A DNA stretch of 20,000 bases. It comes from Reclinomonas americana ATCC 50394 (lineage: Eukaryota). The translations under genes were made by a program, and so were the position numbers. The notes below the pieces were generated by a model. That model did not search any database and was not told the origin of the DNA. It saw only the letters and a list, made by a program, of their open reading frames with translations. Positions 1 through 11,100 of this stretch are shown here, piece after piece. Positions within the stretch are counted from its first letter, which is position 1; each line of letters starts with the position of its first letter. The stretch lies in assembly GCA_048213135.1 (NCBI GenBank), contig PS015285.1:56834-76833 (forward strand). The letters run 5' to 3'.

Positions 1-353
1 CCTCCCGGTCTCCGTTCTCCCCTTTCCTCCTTCTCCTCCTCCTCCTTGGGCATCTCCTTGTTCCTCTGCCTTCCTCCTCCACCTGCTCCTTCCCTCTCCT
101 CCTCCTTCTCCCCCTTTCTGTCATCTCTTGCTGTCTAACCCATCTCCTGCTCCCCCTTCTCGTCCTTTCTTCTTCTTCTTCTCCTTCTCCCTTTTTGTTC
201 TGATTCTTTCTCTCGATTAGTCCCTTCCATCTTTCTCTCCTCCTCGCCCTTCTCCTTCCTCCCTCCCTGTTCTCCCGTCTCCCCCTCCCCGCCTTCTCCT
301 CCTTTTCTTCTTCTTCTTCCTCTCCTGCTCACCCTTCTCCCTCTTCTCCCCAG
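1..353 (+). repeat. Polypyrimidine low-complexity tract forming the 3' part of an intron
   Basis: Almost entirely C/T (CCT, TTC, CTCC units). Ends with branch motif CTCAC at 328-332 and acceptor CAG at 351-353. Confidence 0.85.
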
Positions 354-2095
354 TCGCAAAACCGACACCATCACACTGCAAGCATCGTCGAGTGACGTGC
401 GTGGCCGCATCCTCCAATCGATTCGGAGCGCCTGCGCACAGTGCAGTGCGTTTGATGGGGATCCGCGGCACCAGGTCTCACAGTTGACCAGCGAGATGGA
501 TGTTGCGTCGGGGAGGGGGAAGAGGGCCGACGCTCTCCTCGTGTGCCTGACACACCGCGCAGCAAGCACCCAGTGAAGCGTTGCTGCTGAAGCGCGCCAA
601 CTTGCTGCTGGACGCGCAGCAGTACTGGAATGCCAGGTTCTCTCCCCGTTAATTATCGTCATCCACTGTCTCTCATACTCACTTCATCGCCGCCGCAGTC
701 TCGACTTGATCACGCTGGCTCGATCACATCCGGAGAAAACACCAAGCGCACTGATTGAGCGCCGAGCGGTGGCGTTTGCAGCACTGGCGCGTCACCTCGT
801 CGTCTTTGCCAGACGACTCGGATACAGCGGTACGCTGCAGGTGCTCACTCCCTCCGATGCGGAAGACGGACCAGCTGGTAAGTGTGTGCCTCGTCATTCA
901 TGCTGGATTGTTGCGTGTCGTTCTTATGTGCGCTCCTGGTGCAGGTTGGAGTGCCAATGCACTGGGTTAGCGAACCGTTTTGCTTCACATTGTTGTTGTT
1001 TTGCTCAGTCACATGTTCCGCGGCCAGGTGCATTCCATCGGCACGGGTCGGCAGCTCGTTCCGATGCCTCCTGTTGCGTCCCACTTTGAGGATCGCTTCA
1101 TGCGCTCTGCGCTCACTCGCTCGCTCACAACGTCGTGTGTTACACGCAGCTTCGCCCAGGCGTGGTGGACACGAGAGCAGTGGGCGGTCCCTCGTGTCGG
1201 AGGTGTGATTCGTGCGTGCCTTGATGTGTCACACAGCTCTGATTCATCCTTTCCCGGCAGAGTGATGTCGACTCCGTCGCTGACGCGGGTGGCGATGCTC
1301 GTCGGGAGCCTGCCTCCGAGGTCTGCACCACCACTACTTCGCACGTCTCATCCCTCTTTATTCATGTTTCTGTGGCACAGGTCAGCGAGGCGCACATCGG
1401 CCTCCAATTCCTGCTGTACGCCTGGAGCGACGCACTGCTCTACGGAACCAAGCACGACGCTGCTGCGCATGTGAGATATCGCTTCCTTTCCTTCTCGATG
1501 TGCATGTGCGTTACACTCACTCGCCACGCTTGCAGTACGGCACGGTCACCGAGCTGCTTGCGTCGTACCGCGAGTGGATTCATGCGGCCGACGTCGAGTA
1601 CCTGGAAGCGAGGCTGCCGAATGCGCGTCGAGAGCATCCTGTATTTACGCGCATGACCGACGTTTTGCGCGACGCCGAGCGACTGGCGAAGGAGGAGCGG
1701 GTGAATAATAGGATGAGTCGCATCACGGACGAGTATCTGCGCTCATTGCCGGAGGTCGCCGAGAGCATCAGGTTGGTTGGCGAAAGGAATCTGCACGCTG
1801 CATTTCTTATTTCTTCTCCCTTTCCGATATCATCCTCCCTTCTCTGTGTTGTCGCCTTCCCCCTTCGGTCTTCCCCTTCCGTCTCCCCCTTCCGTCTCCC
1901 CCTTCCGTCTTCCCCCTTCGGTCTTCCCCTTCCGTCGTCTCCCCTTCCGTCTTCCTCCCCTCCGTCTTCCCTTCCGTCTTCCATCCTTCCGTCTTCCCCC
2001 TTCCGTCTTCNNNNNNNNNNNNNNNNNNNNNNNNNNNNNNNNNNNNNNNNNNNNNNNNNNNNNNNNNNNNNNNNNNNNNNNNNNNNNNNNCTCTC

Positions 2096-2181
<86 letters not shown>

Positions 2182-5100
2182 CCTCCTCCTCCTCCTCTCC
2201 TCCTCTCCTCCTCCTCCTCCTCCTCCTCCTCCTCCTCCTCCTTCCCCTTCCTTCCCCCTCCCCCCCCCCCTTTCCCTTCACCCACCACCTTCTTCCCCTT
2301 CCTCCTCTCAGGGAAGTCCACCTTCGCAATCACAAGATCGAGGTGCTGCCGAAATCCGGCCTCGAGGTATTCGCCAACGTGCGTGTGCTGGACTTGAGCA
2401 ATAACAAGATCAACGTCCTGCCGTTGCGTGCACTCTTCCTCCTCCCAATCCTCCTTGGTCATTGTCCTTACCTTCATCGGCCGATTGCAGGTGGCGCTGG
2501 TTTTCTGGCTTCCGCTCGCTCAGCCACTTGTATCTGAACAACAACAAGATCCACACGGTGGAGCTGGACGACATTGGACAAGGTGTAGCCCTGTGCCCCT
2601 CGCTGCGGCACTTGGAGATGGTGCGCACCGCTGTGCGCACCCTCGACGACCTGTTCAAGTTGGCACGGTGAGCGTGTGATGGATGATTGCCGAGTGAGTG
2701 AGTGAGTGTGGAGATGTGACTCTTGTCTCTCCTCGCACAGCAATGTGCGAGAACACATTCGAGTGCTTCGATTCAACGGCAACCCGTGCGTCAACTCGTT
2801 GCTGGAGCGCAAGTTGCGTCGTTTGGTTGTTCTCATCGTCGGCATTCGACACTGCGAGTTGACGCGTTTCGCGGCAGTGATCTGCTGCACGTTTCCATCG
2901 AGTACCGTTTCCGAATCATCGACATGTGCACGCAACTGGGCGATCTGGACGGTGTGCTCGTGAATGCCGCCGAGCGCGTGCTGAGCTCGTTGCGGATCTT
3001 GTTTTTTCTTCGTTGTGGAATCCAGAGTCAGCGTCCGACTGTTCTTTCCCGTCCGTGCAGGTGGTTCAAGGATAACAGCATGATGGAGTTGCACACTGCC
3101 TGCTGTCACTGCATGTCTCCCCGTGTGGAGGAGCAAGTGGATGCGCTGAAAATCATTGGGTGTGTTTTTCGTGTGCCTCGCGTCATTATTCCATCGGCAT
3201 CTGATACTGTGCACTGCAGTGGCGCGGGCAACTTCCTCGACACCGCGCAACAGCTGTTCCTCAACGACAACATGGGCATCGTGTCGCGCGCCCTGTCCAT
3301 GCAAAACGCACTCGTTGTCGAGCGTTGTTTGGCGGCCTTGTATCCGCTGCTCACCGAGTTCCAAACTGTTGCGTACGGGTGTGACGCGTGCTCAGTGTTC
3401 ACGCACATCTTATTCGTCTGCTGCACAGGAACCACTCGTGCGTTGCATCTCGATCCAATTCCGAGAGCAGGGCGGTGCCTCGCGCGTACTGCAGTCGCTC
3501 TCGTTTGTCGCCTCGCGAGGTGAGCATGCAAGTGCGACGCATTTTTTCGATGTTGTCACCAACGCGCTCTGCTGGCGTAGCCACCTCCACTCTCGTGCAA
3601 GAGTTCTCCTGGCCGCTGCCGCTGCAGCACCAGGCGCTGCAGGTGCTGTGTGCCCTGGTGTGCGGCGGAAACGAGCGAGACGATTTGTTGGTGTACCGAT
3701 GGAGTGCGTTTGAAAAGGTGCGTATCAGGAGGCCATTGTGCTTCGTGTTCTTCACATTCCGACCCGTGGCATCGTTTGTGCTCTTCTCCCTTGCGCCATG
3801 TTGCATCTTGCCTGTCATCTTCACCATCTCTCTCTCTTCTGTCACCTTCCTGTCTGCCTGTCTTTCTTCTTTGCATTGCCTTTCCCTGCCTTCCCTTATC
3901 TCTTTTCCCCTCTTTCCCCCTCTTTCCCCCTCTTTCCCCCTCTTTCCCTCTGCTTTCCCTCTCTTTTTCCCTCTCTCTTCCCTCTCTCTTTCCCTCTGCT
4001 TTCCCTCTCTTTTCCCCTCTCTTCCCCTCTCTTCCCTCTCTTCCCTCTCTTTCCCTCTGTTTTCCCTGTCTTTCCCCTCTTTCCCTCTCTCTTCCCTCCC
4101 TTCCCTCTCTCTTTCCCTGCCTTTCCCTCTCTCTTTCCCGCTGCCTTCCCCTCTCTCCCCTCTCTTCCTCTCTCTCTTCCTCTCTTTCCTCTCTCTTTCC
4201 TCGCTCTCTCCCTCTCTTCCCTCTTCTCTTCCCCTCTCTTTCCCTCTCTTTCCCTCTCTTTTCCTCTCTCTTTCCCTCTGCTTCCCTCTCCCTCTTTTCC
4301 TCTCCTCCCTCTCATCCCTCTCCTTCTACCTCTGCAGTCGCACGACCCACTCGTGTCGGAGAGTTTCGCCGCGGAGCAAGTGCAGCACCACATCGAACAG
4401 CTGACCTCGACTGGCAATGCCGTCGCCGTCCTGCTGGCACTGATGCAACCATTCTTGCAGCGGCCGATGTCGTCGTTGACACCGTTTCGTATTGCACGCC
4501 AGCCGATCCGCACAGCCCGTTGCACCTGACAACAGTGTTGCCGTCGCAGACATGAGTCCGGAATTCTGTGCAAATGCATGTTCCTCTTCACTGTGATGGT
4601 GTGTGGCCCGCCGGCACCTGCCTCTGCGCAATCGGTGAGTCGCATGTGGTCACACGTACGTTGAAGCCGTCACCTTATGCTCTCACTCACAATTGTCTCC
4701 CACTCGCAGTGCCCTCGTGCCGATCCGCGACTTCTCAGCAAGGAACTCGTCGACGTAATCCTCGCTCTGCTGGCGACGCACTCTGGTTCCACTCTGTGGG
4801 CTCTGTCATTGCTGGTGCGTCTCTCAATTCACCCCTTGTATTTGTTCTGTGCCTCGAGAGTCACCCGTTGCACGCAGATCCTCCTCCGAGTGGATCCAGA
4901 AGAGCATCCACAAGTGATGGTTGGTACTGCTGCTTTCTTTGTTGACCGTTTCGCCAGCTCACACACCGCTCTCTCTCTCGGTGTGCAGAGTGTGCTCTGT
5001 GACATCCGCAGGCTCCGTTTGTTCCTCAATCGTCTGGTCCGAGCGTGCGCAGCGGACTCCCGAGGTACAGTCGGTGTCACCGTCGCTCCCTCCATTCATC

Positions 5101-8100
5101 TGCTCACATGCCTGTAATGCCAGAGCACGAGATCGCCGACCTCATCTGGCTTCTCCTCCTGCGACTCACCAGCGCATTGCCGGAACTCACTGGTCTCCTC
5201 TGTGCGGCTGCCTCGGGTTCCGATAGCATCATTTCGTGTTGTCTCGTCAGCCTCATGGGTCGTCGGTGCGTGTGTATCTGGTTTCCGTTGACTGTCTGCC
5301 TTGGTCACACGCTCACCACAACCTCCATCGCATCAGCGTGCTACAATCGCGGCTCGCTTTTATGTTCCTCTGCAGCAGCTTGGTCAGCGACTCGGAGGCC
5401 TGCCACACGCTCGTGGAGCAGGTCGCGATTCCTTTGCTTGTTGCTAACAAAATAGCCACTTTCTCATTCTCTCTCTCCCGATAACAGCTGACGGCACCGC
5501 AAGCATTGCGCCTCTTTGAGGGCGTGCAGTTTGTTGATGCCACTTTTACACCGGCTGCCGCCAGTCATCTCCTCTGCCAGCAGCATCCGAAATTCCGACC
5601 ATTCCTGCGGTGAGCATGCCCACGTGACGCTTTTATGCTTCCGCCAGTCTCTCATTTTCCCCCCCGTGATCTCGCAGCGCCTTGGACTTTACTCGCCCGC
5701 GATATCCGGACTCGCTGTGCCGCTCAAACGTGTTGCTCCTGGTGGCTCGCACGGTACGCTCTTCGTCTGTCCTTCTGCCTCTCCACGTGCCTCACTCCCG
5801 CCTTTTGTAGTTGCGACGACTTACCGCCGGCACGGTGTCTGCTGCCGCCAATGTCGAGGACGACGCGCAACGAGAACCACTCTTCGACTGTGCGCAGCGA
5901 CTGCTGTCCATGACGTGGCACAACGATATGCAGGATCTGGATGCGTCGGCCATCGAGACCAAGGTCTCTCTCCTCTCATCACACCACTTTTAACGCATTC
6001 GTCTCATCTCTCTACTCTCCTTTCCTTCATTCCCCGTGCGCCAGTGCCTGGCATTCGACATTCTGAGCACGTTTCTGGCCACGGAAGCGTGTGTTCCGAA
6101 GCCTCCGCAGTCGTCCGGGGCAGTGGTGCAGTTGCCGCTTGTGTGCACAACCGAGGACGTAGAGTCGACATTGCGTGGTCGGCAACCGATAGGCACGGCT
6201 CCTGTCGCCTGTTGTTTCCTCCGCCTTTCACTCACTTTTCTCGTCACAGACGCCTTCAAGTGCACTGTGCAGCTGTCGGCCGCCGACGACAATGCGCGAT
6301 CGCTCTCTGGTCCACTGAAGCGCGGCGCGGCGGGTGACGACGACGACGACGACGACGATGGAGTGCCGCGGCTCGTTGTCTCCTTTGTCGCTTCCTCCTC
6401 TGTCTCCCCGCTCGATCGCATGTCGCGAACCGAGTCAGCCGTCTCGCACACGTGCAAGCTCCTCGATGCCATGTTGGTCGACGGTCGCCTGCTGTCGTGG
6501 TTGGTTAAATCCATGCAGAGAGTCGTGTCCCTTAATTTGCAACTCTGACTCGTGTCGGTGTGGCCCAGTATGCATGATGCGTCACAATTGTCGTTGTTGC
6601 TCTCGCTGTGGAACTTTGTCGAGTCGCTGGTGTGGAACTGGCAGTGCTTGAGCGCGCTGCAGTCGCTTGACGCCTCCTTCAATGAGGTGCTCACTGGCGA
6701 CCACGTGGCGTACCTGATGAACAAGTGCGAGCTGGACGACAAGATGCTGCTCTTCTTGCGCGCCCTGTGCACGCAGTTGGAGAGCAGCGCAGCTACTGTC
6801 AGCACACAGACACTGACGCTGCTGCATCGCATCCTCGCCACCGGTGCGTTGGACTGGACTGACTCGCCACCTCCCTCACTCTCATGTCCCTCTGTTGTGC
6901 TCTCCAGTGTTCGCATTTGTCGGCCTTCCCAAGCACTTCTTCGTGTGCAAGTCGATGCCGGTGAGCGGTCCGGTGGATGCGTCGACCATGCGACTGCCGT
7001 CGCTGCCGGACATGTTCATGATGGGCGCTTCGCGTCCACGCCGTCTCGGCGCCACCAACACCATTCCGCGCAGCCTGCGCGAGGTCGCTGTCTCGTTGAC
7101 TCCGGGCATGCGTCTGTTCATCGGCAACACGTTTTGTGTTGCCGGTGCCCTGGTCGACTGCGCTCTGCAGCTCGCCGCACAGACGGAGGTGTCAGCCGCC
7201 GCTCTGGCACGATCCGACGACGCCGCCGGCGCCAATCCGTACGGAATCCTCTCGGCCGCCTTACAGTACTTGCTTGTCGTCTCCAAGGCTGAGCCGAGCG
7301 ACCGCTTCATGTTGGCACTCACCCACCTCCTGCAAGTGCTCACCGACCACGCACGCGTCAGTAACAGCGGTCGTCTGGCCTCGATTGCCAGCTGCCTCAC
7401 GTCGATTCGCGAGGTCCTCAAAGTGCGCCCACATGCGGCCGATTTGCGGTGCGGACACTGCTCTTGTCAGGGCCTGCCTTCTTGTCGCTTTCTTTGCTCA
7501 CTTGCTGTGTGTTGTTGTGCGCCGAAGTCACGTCTGCGTCGATGGACACGTGCTGCAAACGTGTGTGCGCCTCTTGCGCGATCTGTCGCCGCACGTCGAT
7601 GTTCTCAGTCCACAACCGGCGACTGGTGCCGCCGCACCCGATGTGTTGCAGGCGGCGCAGTGTGCGGCCCTGCAGCAGGCACTCGCCACGTGCGCCGTCG
7701 GCTGTATTTTCACTCTGTGTACTCGAACGGCCGCACACGGCTCTACTGCCTCGCTGCCGACACTTGATGTGATGCACGAGCTGCAGCAAACGGCCACTGC
7801 CAACACACAACAACTGCTGGTGTGCCTCACGCCCGATCTGCTTGCGCACCTGCTGACGGCGCCTGCGGAGCTCTTGCAGGAGGTGCGTAATCTGGGTGAT
7901 CGCGGTTGCACACACAGTGACAGAACTCTCACCGCATCACAGGGTGAGCACGCCGTGCTTGTGGCCGAATGCGCGGAGCATGTGCTGGCAGACGAGACTC
8001 CTGCCTCGAGCACTGGTGCCGCTGGCGGCGAGAGCGCTTTGGTTGGCGGATCGGCACGCAACGGGAGACTCAGTCTGTGGCTGTTGGACGCACTCGGCGA

Positions 8101-11100
8101 AGGTGTCGAGAGCACAGAGATGCAGCTGCGAGCACGAGAAGCACTGCTGTACGTGCTGTCATCAGCTCGCCGTGCGCAGGTCCCGCTTCTCCGTCAGCTG
8201 GAGAAGAGCTGTGTGGCGGACGAGGCAAACCGGCGGTTCCTGGTCGAACTGGGTGCCCCTCTGCTGAGTGCGCTCATAGCGGTCGCAGCTCGTGTCGTGG
8301 TGGAGCGCGATTTGCAGCTTCCGCCTGCCGACTTTGCGGCGGTGGTTCGCAGCAGCGAGGCCGCCTTGCGCCTGCTGCATGCGCTTCTGAGTGGCTTGCA
8401 ACCGTTTGCCGCCTCCATCAACTCTGCATCAGTGGTGGGCTTGCCCCCGTCGCGCCGCTTTGCCTGTTGATACTCATTGAATGTGTCTGCGTATGCAGCG
8501 ACTGCGCACACGCTCTGGACTCGACCTGGACACTCGCACGCAACACTTGCTGGCCGAAGTGCCCGATTTTTTCCAAATCGTCGAGTCCACGCTCGACGCC
8601 ATCCTCCATGACGAGGTGTCGATGATTGTCGCCGGTGCCGACGGCGCCGATGCACTGCTTCAAGGCACGTGTGTGTTTTTTCTTGGTTGTTGTTGAATGT
8701 TTGGTGGGTGCATATTCACATTCGACGACAGAGACGTTTCTCGAAGCCCTCTTGGATGTGCTTCATGACGTGCGACCGGAGCAGCTGGCGCAGCACTCGG
8801 GCGCAACGCTCCACCGCCTCTGGCAGCTGCTGCTGGTGCGATTTGGCTCGCCAGCGCTTCGCTCGGTTTGTGTGTCTGTGTACGGATGGGTACGAGTCGT
8901 TGCCGCTGCTCGTCTCATGAATTGTGTGCAGAGTCCGGCAACGTACCTGACGCTGCGCATCTTGACCCGTGCCGCCGTGCTGGTTGATGTGACGGAGGAC
9001 ATTGTGCGGTCGACAAGCGCAGAGAGCTTGTTGTCGCTCCTGCGCTGGTGCGTGGCGTGCTCCGCGGAGCGCAGTTGCGTTGTTCTCTATCCTTGCAATT
9101 CCTCCCTTGCCCGCTTCGTTCTCACCTTTCCCCACGGCCACCGCAGACTCGGCGCCAGCGGCCGCCGCGTTGCATCACTGTTTCCGTCTGCTGGCGTCGC
9201 TGGTCTCTGGCATGCGTGTCGAGTACCTGCTGCCCAGTGCGGAACACGTGGTGTCGGCCGTGTCGGCGTGCGTGCAGACAGTGTTGAGTGCGCCGCCGCC
9301 GCCGACTGCCGCCGACCGCCGCGACCACGAAGAGGCGCTGGATGCAGTCATGGAGTTTCTGGCATCGCTTCTCCGCTCACACGACTACTTCAAGGCTCGC
9401 TTCGCCACCGAGCAGATGGTGGGCACTCTGGTCCAGCACGTACTGGCCGGCGACGACAGTGGGCGACTGCTGTCGCCGACCAAGCCCGACACGGCCGCGA
9501 AAACTCTCTCTGTGCGTCAGGAATGCCTGTGCCTGTCGGTACTGGCCGAGTTGTGCAAGGGCAGCACGCCGTGCTGCGGTGCTCTGCTCGCCTCGGCAGC
9601 GGGCGACAGCCTGTTCCTGGCAGCAGGTTTTTTTGTTGTTTGGTGGTCACGACTCTCTCCTTCTTGCGCTTACTCGCCCTCTCTCTCTCTCGCAGAGCGA
9701 ATGGTGGTCTATCTCGCCAAGCAGGTGGTTCGCGGCAATGTCGCGGTCAGCACCGCGGCTGCCAGCGTCATTTCTGCCCTTGTAGCCACCGTGCCGCTGC
9801 GTGATGCATCGCTCCCGGTGCCTGCGTCGCTGCGTGCCGAGCGACAGCAAGCATCCGCTCAGTCAGCGCGTTCCTGGACAAACACCGCCACCACTACCGC
9901 CACCGAGCAGCCACTCCTTTCGCCAACGACACCAGTGACGGCGACCACCAAGAGCACGGTGCAAACCCTGCTGGAGCGCGCCCTGGACGCCACCGTGGCT
10001 GAGTCTGCCAATCCCGACACACCCATCTCGGGCACCGCCGCGGCCACCGTGGCCTCCCTACTGGGGCAGGCCATTGAGGTTATGGCGCAATCGCCGACCA
10101 CTGCAGCAGCACCACCTGCTGTCTCGGTGGCCGCAGAGCCGGCGTCATCGTCATCGTCGTCTTCGTCGCACAACACTCATCGGCCGCAACCTGTGCTTGT
10201 GAATACTGGCGCGGATGCACTTGCCAGCTCACTTGACGTGCCGCCGACGCCTCGCACGCCCTCCATGTCCGCGCTCGACAATATGCCGCCTCCGGTGTTT
10301 GCCGGCCTCATTGTTACCTGTCTACATGAGGTGCGGGCACTGAAAGAGCTTTTTCATTCCCTCCCTCCCTCTCTCACGCACGCGTGGTGCAGACACATTT
10401 CATGCGCACGGTGATGGAGGACAGTCGACCATCGTCGGTATACTCTCATGCGCGGACACTGGCCGTTGACATTGCGAATGGGCACGAGTTGCTGGCCGAC
10501 GATTTGTTGAATGTGTGCTCCCGCCTGTGCCACGAGTACGTGCAGACAGCGTCCGTCATCACCGGCAGCGGTGGCAGTGCCGCGGCTGCGTCTGCCAGCG
10601 ACAGCGACAGCGACAGCGCGCCGTCCACCAACGCTGTGTGGCAGTATGCTTCACATACACGCGCCATGTCGAATCTGCTCGAGCTGGTGGCCTTGTTGCG
10701 TGGGGGTTGCACGTCGAGCATTTGGCACACGCTTATGCACTGTTTGACCATGCACCAGGTGCTCGGAGAAGCTGGTCGCCGGCTACTTGCCGGCCATCCA
10801 GCAGACCGCCAGCCAAGTGCGTTGGTGCGCACTGCTGCAGGCCACCTCGCGCGAAATGTCGGGTGGTATGCACTGCTTGCTTGCTTGCCTCGTGTGTGCC
10901 ACGCAATCTCACTCCGATGACAACGAACAAGATCTGGTTTCGACCAGCCTGCTATTCCGCAGAATCGCCGACTGCCTTGCGCGTCAGTTGCGAAGCGAAG
11001 ATTTGCGTGGCAGGCTCGCCACTCTGGAGTCCCGAGCGGCGGAAGCCGGGCAAGCCAATGTGTTTTGTGCGGTGAATACTTGAATTCGAGTGTCTTTGCT

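Noticed and set aside
135-662. Minus-strand 175-aa Arg/Glu/Lys/Gly-rich ORF
   Set aside because: It is a translation of the antisense strand of an intronic polypyrimidine tract plus real + strand exons.
1580-2477. Minus-strand ORFs with (RE)n, poly-E and poly-R, and + strand (SL)n ORFs
   Set aside because: Simple-repeat read-through across an intron and an N gap.
2423-3428. Reading the GTTGCG donors as non-canonical G|TT..AG introns
   Set aside because: With the AG acceptors fixed, the frame requires cleavage before the G, so the introns begin GT.
3388-4645. Several 250-340 aa overlapping ORFs rich in S/L/P/F or R/G/E/K
   Set aside because: The C/T-only satellite lacks stop codons in all frames and lies within intron 3718-4337.
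6500-6568. Apparent in-frame TGA between two collinear ORFs (6036-6548 and 6552 onward), suggesting read-through, selenocysteine or an altered genetic code
   Set aside because: A GT-AG intron (G|GTTGGT at 6500 to CAG ending 6568) removes the stop and keeps the frame. Other apparent stops are removed the same way.
5990-8115. Long antisense ORFs (308, 179 and 195 aa)
   Set aside because: They mirror GC-rich + strand codons, with no independent splice signals or recognisable domains.
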